Source: Candidatus Moanibacter sp. (GTDB taxonomy: Bacteria > Verrucomicrobiota > Verrucomicrobiia > Opitutales > UBA2987). Taken from it: 64,000 bases of DNA. A program made the position numbers and the translations under genes. Location of the stretch: contig CBDCEW010000095.1 of assembly GCA_965215885.1 (NCBI GenBank), positions 1-64,000 on the forward strand, read 5' to 3'. Below the pieces are notes generated by a model. The model saw only the letters and a program-made list of their open reading frames with translations, had not been told where the DNA came from and did not search any database. This document shows, piece by piece, positions 10,848 to 20,325 of this stretch (position 1 is the first letter of the stretch; every line of letters starts with the position of its first letter).

Positions 10848-12043
10848 TATGAATCGACAGGTGCGAAGCTCTTTCGCCCATCGGCAGCAAGAATTTCGCG
10901 GTAACACTCGACGTAGCCGTCAATCATCGCCTCGACTGAAAAGCGGGCTGCGTTTGTATACCCTTTTTCAATGAGCGTCGATCGTAGCTTGTCATTATAC
11001 AATGCCGAAACCACGTGCTGAGCTAACGCTTCCTCGTCCTTCCCTTCCGCTATGAGGGCGCTTTCCCCAAGGATTTCCGAGAGCGATCCTCCGCGCCCTG
11101 CTACCACCGGACAACCACAGGCCTGGGCCTCAATTGGTGGCCAACCGAAGCCTTCGTAGAGTGAGGGAAACAGAAATACATCTGCCGTAGAATAGAGTGC
11201 GCAGAGTTCCTCCCGACTCAAACTCGAAATCAGATCAATAGAATCTTCCAGTTCTGCATCTCTAATGAACCCTCTTTGCTCCGTTGAGAAGCTCGCTCCT
11301 ACGATAACCAGCCGTGTCTGTCGTCCTGTTTCCTCGCGAATCCTTCGAAAGATTCCGAGAACTCCCATTCGGTTTTTATACCACGAATTGTTTCCAACAT
11401 GGAGGATCACGGGATCTCCTTCCGTAAGATTCAACCGCGCAAGTCTCGTTTTCACCTCCGCTTCATCGAGCCGGCATAAGCCGGTATCAGAGCCCATATG
11501 CACGACGCGGGTTCTCCCTGCTTTTTCGGGCAACAATCTTAAGAAATCCGTTTCCGTTTGCCCCGATATACAGGCAACGTTTGCCGCGCCTTTGAGTCCG
11601 CTTAAGATCATCCTCTGCAACACTCTCCCCGTCCAACGCGTGGGGTTGTCTGAAAATTCACCACGCGCCGACCGTATCGCCATCAGATCGTTGCAGGTAA
11701 TCAGATGAGGGAGTTTCTGGAGAGCCTTGACATAGATTGCATTGGAGTGATCACAGATATGAACAAGAAGCTCGCCACCCGGGAGAACACTCCCGGCATA
11801 CTTTCGCACTTCCCTTCTCAACTTCCGTGGAAACAATACCAGCTTGTCGATGTACCCCAACCACTTCGCCGCCCCGAATCGGCCTGGAACGAGACGTCCG
11901 AAGACCGACTTTGGAAATATTCGGATGACTTGAATCGATCGCTGCGGCAACTCCCGCTCGAGGATATCCGCAAAATTCAGCATGCTCCATTGCTGGTCCT
12001 TCGGATAGTTACTGAGCAGGATTAGCCGTAGGGATCCTCGCAT
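10847..12043 (-). CDS. Glycosyltransferase family 4
   Basis: HICDHSNA, FPSLYEGFGWPPIEAQACG; start chosen at internal ATG. Confidence 0.9.
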   Translation of the reverse strand: MRGSLRLILLSNYPKDQQWSMLNFADILERELPQRSIQVIRIFPKSVFGRLVPGRFGAAKWLGYIDKLVLFPRKLRREVRKYAGSVLPGGELLVHICDHSNAIYVKALQKLPHLITCNDLMAIRSARGEFSDNPTRWTGRVLQRMILSGLKGAANVACISGQTETDFLRLLPEKAGRTRVVHMGSDTGLCRLDEAEVKTRLARLNLTEGDPVILHVGNNSWYKNRMGVLGIFRRIREETGRQTRLVIVGASFSTEQRGFIRDAELEDSIDLISSLSREELCALYSTADVFLFPSLYEGFGWPPIEAQACGCPVVAGRGGSLSEILGESALIAEGKDEEALAQHVVSALYNDKLRSTLIEKGYTNAARFSVEAMIDGYVECYREILAADGRKSFAPVDS

Positions 12044-13439
12044 AACGACCATTAACTCTATTCCTCTTAGAACGATCTGATGACTTTCCCGCCGCCAGAC
12101 AGAGTCCACCTCCGAGGCAGACAAATCCCAAAGTAGTAGGCTGCCCGATCTGACCAAACAGGAGGAGCGTTCCACCGGCTCCAAACAGTAACATTGGCAG
12201 GTAATTAAAGGACTTGGCCGCTCTGTAACTGGTTTGAAACAGATGAACCACGACGAGGATTCTCCACAGTAGGTAGAGGTTTCCCAGGATTGGACCGACC
12301 TCATTGACGATCCTTGTCCAGTCGTCCTCTCCCAAAGCAAACGGACCACGACCAGCCAATGCCGCACCGGCGTTGGTGCCTAATCCGAGTCCATGTCCAA
12401 AAATTGGGGCATCAAATCCAATGATAAAAGGGGAGAGAAGATTGCGACCGGTCCTTATAAAGAAATCTGCAACCGCACTCGTTCTACCTTCGGAGGCTTG
12501 AGCGAAACGCAATTGCAGAATATCCAGCCCCTCTTGAACGACACCGATCTGTAGAGTGGCAAAGACCAATGTCACCACAATTGTGCCGAATAAGAGAATT
12601 CTTCCAAAAACGGTTGGATGAGCGAAATAGAGAAAAACAATCATTCCTAAAACCATCAGAACACCTGCTACAGCCGACCGACTTCCACTCATCATCATAC
12701 CCGAGAAGATACAGATGGATGCACCGTATAGCACCAGCTTTGAATAGGTATCTTTTCGCAGGAAGCCATAGACCGCGAACGCCGCACAAACCGCCAGATA
12801 ATAGACGACCCCATTCACAAAACTGAAGGTGCCCGAAGCCCGCACTTTTCCCCCAGCTGAGACAATCTGCAGACCCGTTCCACCGGCTGTCGTGTTGATT
12901 CTGTCAACCGGGCTCCCTTCAAACTGATTCGCTACAACAAAGGACATCGGTAACATGAGAATCAAAAAGGCTTTGCCCATCTTGATGACATCATCCCGAT
13001 CAAATACACTCGGCAGAAGAAAGATCAGTGGAAAATGAAGGAAGTTTGTCCGCATTCCATAGAGAGCGGTCAGGATGTTGAAATCCGTTCCGAGAGGACT
13101 GCAAATGAAGAATAGAATCGCCAGCAAAAGCATCCGCCGAAGGAGTCGATCGTTGGGAAACAACCTTGCCTGGATAGCGAAGATATAGATCAAAATCACG
13201 ATGGGATCCCTGACGATCAGGAGTGGATTGGAAAATCCCGGTAGAATCCATTTGCGTAGGGCGCCTTCAATCAGGAGAAAGATGAAATAGACCCAGATCA
13301 GCCACCGAACGATCCTCTCACCCTGAGCTCTTTTAGCTCGATCTCGATATCTCCGCGACGGCTCGACGGGGCTAGCGAACGCCTCTTGCATTTTATCCGC
13401 GACGGCCACGGGGCTAGCGGCCTCTTGCATTTTATCCAC
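12009..13439 (-). CDS. Multi-pass membrane protein, O-antigen ligase/polymerase (Wzy-like)
   Basis: About 10-12 hydrophobic segments; EGALRKW, RASGTFSF, SGSRS, FGHGLGLG motifs; inside the glycan operon. Confidence 0.65.
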   Translation of the reverse strand: MDKMQEAASPVAVADKMQEAFASPVEPSRRYRDRAKRAQGERIVRWLIWVYFIFLLIEGALRKWILPGFSNPLLIVRDPIVILIYIFAIQARLFPNDRLLRRMLLLAILFFICSPLGTDFNILTALYGMRTNFLHFPLIFLLPSVFDRDDVIKMGKAFLILMLPMSFVVANQFEGSPVDRINTTAGGTGLQIVSAGGKVRASGTFSFVNGVVYYLAVCAAFAVYGFLRKDTYSKLVLYGASICIFSGMMMSGSRSAVAGVLMVLGMIVFLYFAHPTVFGRILLFGTIVVTLVFATLQIGVVQEGLDILQLRFAQASEGRTSAVADFFIRTGRNLLSPFIIGFDAPIFGHGLGLGTNAGAALAGRGPFALGEDDWTRIVNEVGPILGNLYLLWRILVVVHLFQTSYRAAKSFNYLPMLLFGAGGTLLLFGQIGQPTTLGFVCLGGGLCLAAGKSSDRSKRNRVNGRYARIPTANPAQ

Positions 13440-14694
13440 AGCCTGCTAGAGTGAGCTCCTCAAGTTTCTCAATAATCGTTGCAATATACCGTTTCCAACT
13501 GCACTTGAGCGCGTGCTCACGCGCCCGGGCCCCCATCTCCACGATTTCATCTCGATTGTCCGCAAACCAGTTTATACGATCCGCGAGCCTGTCGGGAGAT
13601 CGAATCGGCACCAGGTAGCCGGTCTCACCTTCAACAATCAAATCTTCACCGCCGGCATTTCGTGTAGTTAGCAATGGCAATCCGCATACCATTGCCTCCT
13701 GTTGTACAAGGGCACGGCCCTCCACTAAAGAGGGAAGCACAAAAACATGGCATGTTTGCATAAGCCGGAGAATCTCGGCATGCGATCTTGGAGGTTCATA
13801 AACGAAGTCTGAGAAAAAGCCTCGGTAGAAGGACAGATCGCAATGAGGGGTTCCCGCTACGATCAGCTGAATGTCTCTCCTTCGCAAAGCACTAAAGGCT
13901 GCAAACAGATCAGCAAGTCCCTTCCTCTGGCTCATGCTCCCCACAAACAGGAACCGCACTGGTTGATCTGGTTTCGGTAGAGCGCGCCTGATGAAGGGCA
14001 CATCAGTCGGGCTCCCGAACTCGGCTACCGTGCACCTCCGCGAATTCCGAATCTCGTCCGGTAAGGAATCGAGCACGAATCGACTCGGACAAATGATTGC
14101 GTCGGCCAGACGAATTTCCTCCCGCTTCCGGTTATACTTTTCCTCACTATCTCGGAGCGCCGGGAAGGTGACTTTCCATTCCGGCAACCGTTCGGCTTCC
14201 TCTTCGTGAATCTTTCTCACCGTCTCCCAATAGGCGATGGGAAGTTCGTAACAAGTAGGCATCCCTAATTGACGCGCCTTCCTGAAAGTGCTCAATGCCC
14301 CATCTTCGTAAGCGTAGACAATGCTGGGCTTTTCCTCCTCCAGGGAAGAAGCAAGACTCTCGTCCACTTCACGATAAACAGCGTCAACACTGGCCCATCC
14401 TTTTTCGTGCCGAGTTAGCGACCGAATGCCCAATCGACCCGCCAGGAGCCGTACGAGATCGCGCCCCGAATGAGTCACGATCTGGCTTGAAGAGAGTGGA
14501 TATTCTCTTCTTTTCAATTCGCACGCCATAAAATTCGGAATGCCACCAAGCAGGGACTCCCGTGAATACCCGAAGCCCGTGTAGAATCGCTGCAATTTTC
14601 CCAATCTGTTCAGACCGTTCAAGAGTGCGCGAACAAACGTGTTCCCCGTCGGGTGCGATACGATGACTCCGGGACCTGGCGAACCTTCAATCAC
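13432..14694 (-). CDS. Glycosyltransferase family 4
   Basis: FVGSMSQRKGL, PSLVEGRALVQQEAM; GTG start overlaps the upstream stop. Confidence 0.9.
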   Translation of the reverse strand: MIEGSPGPGVIVSHPTGNTFVRALLNGLNRLGKLQRFYTGFGYSRESLLGGIPNFMACELKRREYPLSSSQIVTHSGRDLVRLLAGRLGIRSLTRHEKGWASVDAVYREVDESLASSLEEEKPSIVYAYEDGALSTFRKARQLGMPTCYELPIAYWETVRKIHEEEAERLPEWKVTFPALRDSEEKYNRKREEIRLADAIICPSRFVLDSLPDEIRNSRRCTVAEFGSPTDVPFIRRALPKPDQPVRFLFVGSMSQRKGLADLFAAFSALRRRDIQLIVAGTPHCDLSFYRGFFSDFVYEPPRSHAEILRLMQTCHVFVLPSLVEGRALVQQEAMVCGLPLLTTRNAGGEDLIVEGETGYLVPIRSPDRLADRINWFADNRDEIVEMGARAREHALKCSWKRYIATIIEKLEELTLAGCG

Positions 14695-15727
14695 TCTCCA
14701 GGAGTTCCTCATAGAACTCAATGTAGACGCTCAAAGGTTGAATTTCCTTAAGTAGCTCCAGGCGTGTGGCCTCCGACCGGTGCGCATACTCCTCCTCATC
14801 CATTTCCGCTGCCCGTTCCAGCGCCGCCTTGAGCTCTTCGACATCTCCCGGTGCGCAGACCAGAGCCTGGTTTCCTCCCGCCTCGGGCAAGCCACCATCC
14901 CTCGTCACAATGCAGGGGACTCCGACGTGGCGGGCCTCAATCGGAGTTAACCCCAGGTCCTCTCTTGTATTCGCGGGAGTCACCATCCAGCGCGCATGCC
15001 GGATGCGGCTCTGCTTCTCCTCATCCGTGACAAAGCCCGTCACTTCAATGCCGGAGACGGGCCTGTTTCGAAGGCGTTGCTCAACCTCCGCACGCAGGGG
15101 TCCGTTTCCCATCAACGTCAGCGGCCAGTCCCGCCGCGAGACTTGACTCCGCGAATAGGCCTCGATGAGGGTACGCAAACCCTTATTCGGAATCCAGCGA
15201 CTCACGAAAACAAATCCCTTTCGCTCGTTCGGAGGAACGACACCTTGCGGAAGATCACACAGAATTGACGGTTTGCCGCTCGTCTTCCTTGGTCCTCTCG
15301 GCTCCCAGGTGCTCCAGACGAAATCCGAAATATACCAGCTTCGATCGGCCATTCGATTCGCCAGACGCCAGAGCAACGGGCGTAATGATAACTGGCGCCG
15401 GCACCAGTTATACACCGTTACCACGACCGGTTTGCCTAGAAGTTTACTCAGAGAAACGACCTCGATCAGCGGATTATGGCAATGCACCAGATCGGCCCAC
15501 GACAAGTGCCCGAGTATTCTGAGCGACCCCCGATCCAGGAAGGTGACTTCAAAGGGTAGGTTCGTAAGGTGCGACTCCAGAGAAGGATCGAGTTCGAAAC
15601 CTTTTACTTTCTTCAAGCACAGTCGAACCCCGACGCCTGATTGATGCAAAGCTCGCCCCAAGGCCAGCAGGAATGCTTCAATCCCTCCATAGGAGCCAAA
15701 GCAGGGAGCGATGAGGAGGACTCTCAA
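14687..15727 (-). CDS. Glycosyltransferase family 4
   Basis: YGGIE, SRWIPNKG, EDLGLTPIEA. Confidence 0.9.
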   Translation of the reverse strand: MRVLLIAPCFGSYGGIEAFLLALGRALHQSGVGVRLCLKKVKGFELDPSLESHLTNLPFEVTFLDRGSLRILGHLSWADLVHCHNPLIEVVSLSKLLGKPVVVTVYNWCRRQLSLRPLLWRLANRMADRSWYISDFVWSTWEPRGPRKTSGKPSILCDLPQGVVPPNERKGFVFVSRWIPNKGLRTLIEAYSRSQVSRRDWPLTLMGNGPLRAEVEQRLRNRPVSGIEVTGFVTDEEKQSRIRHARWMVTPANTREDLGLTPIEARHVGVPCIVTRDGGLPEAGGNQALVCAPGDVEELKAALERAAEMDEEEYAHRSEATRLELLKEIQPLSVYIEFYEELLESD

Positions 15728-15729
15728 GT

Positions 15730-15792
15730 CTCGAAATACAGGATGAGTCAGATCGAACTTATCAAGTTTGAGCCACCCTGCTCATGTTGGAA
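15730..15792 (-). other. attC-like palindrome
   Basis: TTCCAAC right after a stop codon; arms CAGGGTGGCTCA/TGACTCATCCTG; degenerate core TTTCGAG just before the next start. Confidence 0.5.
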
Positions 15793-15793
15793 T

Positions 15794-16613
15794 TTAGCCC
15801 GACCCCGACCGATACAAATAGAAGCAATCTGCGATCTTCGCTTCAATTGAAAACCCAATATTCATCAGCATATTGAGCACAGCATATGCCTTGCTCACAC
15901 CAATGATCCCCGGATGGAGCTCAATGATAATCTTTCTCACCGTTTCGGGAAAATACTCATCCACGATGTATTGCTCGGCGCCCTCTATGTCGATAATCAT
16001 GGCTGAGGCAGAAAAGGGCAATCGCTGCAGCAAGGTCGAGAAAGAAATCCCGGATACTCTGAAATTTCTGCTTATACTTCCATCTCTGGAATCAAAAAGA
16101 GAGCTGTTCCAAAGCAAATCTCCCATCTTGAGGTCAACATCGCCGTCGGATTCGGTCAACGCAACGTTCCAAACCGTTGCCTTAAGATTGTTTAGAGAGA
16201 AATTCCTCTCTAGCCGACTGACATTATCAGGATTTGCTTCCAGGATTAAATAGTGAGTTATGTTAAATAGTAGTTATGTCTAGTTTCTTACGACAGAATA
16301 AAGCCAAAAATCCAATCGCGCCGCCGATTTCAACCACCCGATCGCTGCTACTCAGATGCTCGGCAATCAACGATTTCTCCTCCCATTCATAGACTCCGGC
16401 TAATATGCCCCGCTTCTCTTCCGGTAACATTCCGGAAAGGTCCAGGACGACGTCGTCGCAGACCGCTTCCTTTATCCTTGGAAGAACGAATCTCTCGTGA
16501 AATCGACGACGTATGCCGGAGACCACATGCCAGACTAACGTTTTCTCTATGATCCCTTTTAAAGTATACGCCACAGAACGATTCGAATTCCGTCCATCAG
16601 TGCTTCGAGGCAA
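15794..16613 (-). pseudogene. FkbM-family methyltransferase, frameshifted
   Basis: VVEIGGAIG motif in the 5' piece; LEANP..IDIEGAE..IIIELHP in the 3' piece; tandem duplication at 16246-16279 shifts the frame. Confidence 0.85.
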
Positions 16614-16644
16614 GCAAACTGATAATTTCTGGCAATTTATCGGG

Positions 16645-16680
16645 CTAGGAGCCTGTCGGACTTCGCCGACAGGCTCCTAG
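16645..16680. repeat. Perfect 15-bp hairpin bounded by CTAG (IS-end footprint-like)
   Basis: CTAGGAGCCTGTCGG-acttcg-CCGACAGGCTCCTAG. Confidence 0.6.
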
Positions 16681-16684
16681 AGAC

Positions 16685-16856
16685 AAGAAAATGAAACTGA
16701 ATTTTGGTGGAAAAGAGCTCCAAGAATGCTCGCAATGCGTAAATCAGGGCCAAGTTGTCCCTTTCACAGAGAGAGTCGCGCGGTTTTCTTGGCACTCTTA
16801 AGATCAAGAACAGAATAAGTGAGTTAATGAGTCCCAAAATTCAGTTTCATTTTCTT
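16685..16856. mobile_element. MITE-like element with 23-bp perfect terminal inverted repeats
   Basis: AAGAAAATGAAACTGAATTTTGG at 16685-16707; its reverse complement at 16834-16856. Confidence 0.55.
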
Positions 16857-16937
16857 CAGAGGAATCTGTCGGTATGAACTTGATCGGAATGTACATCCGT
16901 CACCTCGCGATCGGAACCTCGGGGATGTTGCGAAGAG

Positions 16938-17810
16938 CTAAATCCGGCAGATTCCTAGACGCCGCAATCGATTCCTCATTCCAACCCGAATGATTTCAAT
17001 AACTCCAAGTCTCTGAGCGCGGACTAGAGAGAGTTCAACTGGTCTGCTCTGCTCGTCTGGAAGTTTCTCCTCGCCCAGGTAAGTTTTCCACAATACCTCT
17101 TTTGTTTCCCCGATAAAGTGAACGCCCACTTGCTGCGGACCGAGTCTAAAGTCCATCGTGGCACAAGATAACCTTTTCGGATCAAAATAGAGTGTTCGTT
17201 TCGCCCGGGTCATCGCCGCCCAGCATGTCTGCTCTATGACATCGGGAAATACGTAGAAATCCCGTATCCCCAAGAACCATTCTATAAAATCAATGTCGTA
17301 ACCGTCTTCAGGTATGCTATAAACTCCCGCGTTCAGTCTCGAGGGAAGCGTAAGTCCGTATTTGTAGACAATCTTTGCCAGACCCGCCGAGTATCCCTGC
17401 TCAATGTCCTGCATGAATACGAAATTTTCACTTCTCTCATTGCTATACTGGTTGAGCTCGAACTCGCGGAGAAAGTAGATATCAGTGTCCAGGTAAAGAA
17501 AGGGCCTCTCCATACAGAGCGGGATATCGACAAGTTTAAGGATCATGGGATTCTCTAACCGTTGCTCCATGCAGTTTGGGTAGTTTCCCAGCGATTCCTT
17601 AACCCTGCTGTCCATCTCAGTTTTTGTGAATATACGGGCATGGGGAAAGGTATTCCTGATTTGTTCCACGTCTCCTGCGCCGAGGCTCCCGTCCTCGAAA
17701 ACACTCAGGTTTACTTGCTCAACATAGTTTCTTTGAAAAGATTCCAAGCAGCTGAGGCCTGAAGCCAGGTGCTTCTTCCAGATTAGCGTAGCAACGGGAA
17801 GCTGGTTCAT
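16938..17810 (-). CDS. Putative GT-A fold (DxD) glycosyltransferase
   Basis: FEDGSL, KLVDIP, YLDTDIYF, LNAG, EQTCWA; paralogue of the next gene. Confidence 0.65.
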   Translation of the reverse strand: MNQLPVATLIWKKHLASGLSCLESFQRNYVEQVNLSVFEDGSLGAGDVEQIRNTFPHARIFTKTEMDSRVKESLGNYPNCMEQRLENPMILKLVDIPLCMERPFLYLDTDIYFLREFELNQYSNERSENFVFMQDIEQGYSAGLAKIVYKYGLTLPSRLNAGVYSIPEDGYDIDFIEWFLGIRDFYVFPDVIEQTCWAAMTRAKRTLYFDPKRLSCATMDFRLGPQQVGVHFIGETKEVLWKTYLGEEKLPDEQSRPVELSLVRAQRLGVIEIIRVGMRNRLRRLGICRI

Positions 17811-17823
17811 TTCTCTTAAAACG

Positions 17824-18720
17824 TTAGTGAAAAAAACGATTTCTCACCGCATTTGCCACCACCGCGGCAAGCCCCAATTTTCCGGGACGAATGAACCGCA
17901 ATTCACGCGGCGAGGAAACTGCCCGCAGATTCCTCGCCTTCTCATAATTCTCCTCAAGTCTTTCCTTGTAATGGCTGGGAAAATGGACCGCCACCGTTTC
18001 GCTTGTGACACCGAACTCTCCAATCGCATTGTAAACCTGCTGCGGATGAACGAAACTGACATCCCGATTTCGCGTCATCGCCGCCCATATTGTCTGTTCC
18101 ACGACACTGGGAAATTCCACGAAGTCCTCCACTCCCAGGAACCATTCCACAAATTCAAAATCATAACGGTGGAGCGGAATACTCATGACTCCCGAATTCA
18201 ATCGCTCCGGCATGGGTAAGCGATGCTTGAAAGCGAGTTTGTAGGGCCTTCCGGAATACGCAATCTTAGCGTCTCGCATGAAGACGAATGTGTCTCTGCC
18301 CATCGTTTCGAACGCGCCGAGGGTAAATTTTCGGAAGAAGAGAATATCGCAGTCCCAGAAGAGGAAGGGTTCGGTCATCGTGATGGGGATATCAATCACC
18401 TTCAACATCGTGGCGTTCTCTGCCCGGTGTTTCCTGCAGTTGGGTGCCGAGTTCAAAAATCGTGCCACCTTGACATCGACCTCCTCTCGACGCACAACGG
18501 TACATCCAGAGAATTTTTCCTCCATCAAAGTCACATCGTCATCTGATAGCGTCCCATCCTCGTAGACCACCAGCCTCTTCTCGAACTGGCAGCACTGCAC
18601 AAGCGAGGAAAGGCACTTCAGCGCCATCGGCATGTGCGCTTTGCAAATCAGGGTGACCAGGTTTAACGGGGGCTTACGTTTTGCCGGTCGCGCCTCCTTG
18701 CTTGAAACTTCAATGTCCAT
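17824..18720 (-). CDS. Putative GT-A fold (DxD) glycosyltransferase
   Basis: YEDGTL, KVIDIP, FWDCDILF, LNSG, EQTIWA. Confidence 0.65.
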   Translation of the reverse strand: MDIEVSSKEARPAKRKPPLNLVTLICKAHMPMALKCLSSLVQCCQFEKRLVVYEDGTLSDDDVTLMEEKFSGCTVVRREEVDVKVARFLNSAPNCRKHRAENATMLKVIDIPITMTEPFLFWDCDILFFRKFTLGAFETMGRDTFVFMRDAKIAYSGRPYKLAFKHRLPMPERLNSGVMSIPLHRYDFEFVEWFLGVEDFVEFPSVVEQTIWAAMTRNRDVSFVHPQQVYNAIGEFGVTSETVAVHFPSHYKERLEENYEKARNLRAVSSPRELRFIRPGKLGLAAVVANAVRNRFFH

Positions 18721-18738
18721 GCGAGTTTGCCGGTGGTT

Positions 18739-18786
18739 TGCTAACGTTTAATGAAGGTTGAATTTTGCCACCAGCTACAGTTAGAT
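18739..18786 (-). other. attC-like site (internally shortened)
   Basis: ATCTAAC ... CATTAAAC-GTTAGCA, about 19 nt before ATG 18720. Confidence 0.4.
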
Positions 18787-18930
18787 TACTCTGCATAAGG
18801 TTCACATTGAGATTATGGGATTAGAGTGCATATATCACTGAACAAAATGCTTCCCCTCAAATTTGCATCCGTGGTACTGCGGAGCCATCCGTGGGCAAAA
18901 AGCGAACTCGAAGTGAGAAGTATCACATCC

Positions 18931-19005
18931 ACTTAACTCCGTTTGCGCCAAAGCGGTCTACCGATCCCGCTCAGCGGGAAACATCCTCCAATATGCGGGC
19001 TAACC
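18931..19005 (-). repeat. Intergenic repeat/attC-like site, copy 1
   Basis: TAGC..GCATATTGGAGGATG..GGTAGA.CGCTTTGGC.CAAACGGA-GTTAAGT; homologous to 26490-26556. Confidence 0.6.
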
Positions 19006-20166
19006 TGACCCATCTGACAGCCGGCTGATAAAGCGCTCCGAAACATCCGAAACCCGGGACTTTGCGGGACCACGGCTGAACCCCTCCATAAGCTTCCGGG
19101 GAAGATCATCATCAACGGAATGGATGAGACTGTGGAAGGGGTTGTCCTCCGGCGCCGGAGGTTGATAGCGTCCGGACCTGCAGAATACACAAGGTACGCC
19201 ATGTTCCAGCATGGCAATTGCGGCGCCGCTCTTTTCGAAGATGTCTAATGGGGAAGCCGGAAGGGCAAAATCCAGCGAATTGAATAACTGGCTCACCCTC
19301 TCTTCGGATTGATAGCCCAGTTTCAAGAATGTGAATCGATCCCGATACTCATTCATTGTAGTCTCCCACAGCTGTTTCCCTTCTCTCATCGTTCCAATAC
19401 TGATAATGACACTTCTTCGGCCTGTCATATCTTCGGCCTGTCTCAGGGAGGAAAAGAATGGTTCCGGAGGCCATTCAGGGTAGAGAGTGCCGAAGAATCC
19501 AATCAACCAGTACTCGGAACGGTTGTCTTCATTGATCGATAGATGATATTCGGATGCCAGGAGCGGAAACAACCAATCGTCTGCTCGCTCTCTTCGAATC
19601 GCAATATTCCCGAACAGAGGCAATCGTTGAACCCTAACCCCACGTGCGCTCAGAAGCCGCTCATAAATATGGTTGCTCGTGTGTACGATCCTGGGCGAAA
19701 GCGATGTCAGGAGCCTCTCGATAAGAATTCGCTGAATCATCCCGATCAATCTCTCCTTTATCGACGCGTTTTCTGCCAGCCCCGTCCAGATTTCATGAAA
19801 CATGACTTGGAGTGGCGATCCATCGATCACACTCTTCAATTGCGCAGGCGCCCTCCACAGCATTCCCCTTCGATCATAGCCATACGGAACCAACTGTAAG
19901 CTCACCCAATCCGGCGAGAACCTGGCTATTTCGCTTTCAGCTGCCGCGATACGCCGAGACCAGCGCTGGTTGCTTGCCAGTCTTGTGGCAGGCACCGGTT
20001 CCTCCTCTCTCAGGATGTCCTCTCCATCGAGTACGCCTCGGTCGTTTAAAGCGATGAGGAGGGCCCAGTGGCCCATCTCTCGGAGTTTAAGGGCGAGCGT
20101 TCTTGTATAATCGGCAACGCCGTTACCGTGCTTTTCAAGTGCCGAGAGAACGAAAGCGATCCTCAT
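19000..20166 (-). CDS. Glycosyltransferase (GT4-like, GT-B)
   Basis: GVADYT, VMFHEIW, KSGAAIAMLEHGVP. Confidence 0.8.
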   Translation of the reverse strand: MRIAFVLSALEKHGNGVADYTRTLALKLREMGHWALLIALNDRGVLDGEDILREEEPVPATRLASNQRWSRRIAAAESEIARFSPDWVSLQLVPYGYDRRGMLWRAPAQLKSVIDGSPLQVMFHEIWTGLAENASIKERLIGMIQRILIERLLTSLSPRIVHTSNHIYERLLSARGVRVQRLPLFGNIAIRRERADDWLFPLLASEYHLSINEDNRSEYWLIGFFGTLYPEWPPEPFFSSLRQAEDMTGRRSVIISIGTMREGKQLWETTMNEYRDRFTFLKLGYQSEERVSQLFNSLDFALPASPLDIFEKSGAAIAMLEHGVPCVFCRSGRYQPPAPEDNPFHSLIHSVDDDLPRKLMEGFSRGPAKSRVSDVSERFISRLSDGSG

Positions 20167-20235
20167 CCAATCACTGGTAAGGAGTGAGGCTATTAACGAA
20201 GCTAAGATCGACGCCATAGCGCGGTGGTTTAGCCT

Positions 20236-20283
20236 GCATAACCCAGTGGACCTTCGGAAGCTTGTGTGCGTTCGATGTTCGGA
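20236..20283 (-). other. attC-like site (degenerate)
   Basis: TCCGAAC ... CACTGG-GTTATGC between two GT genes. Confidence 0.35.
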
Positions 20284-20325
20284 CTAAAGGGCGTGTTGCC
20301 CACGATTTTTCAAATTACGTTATTT

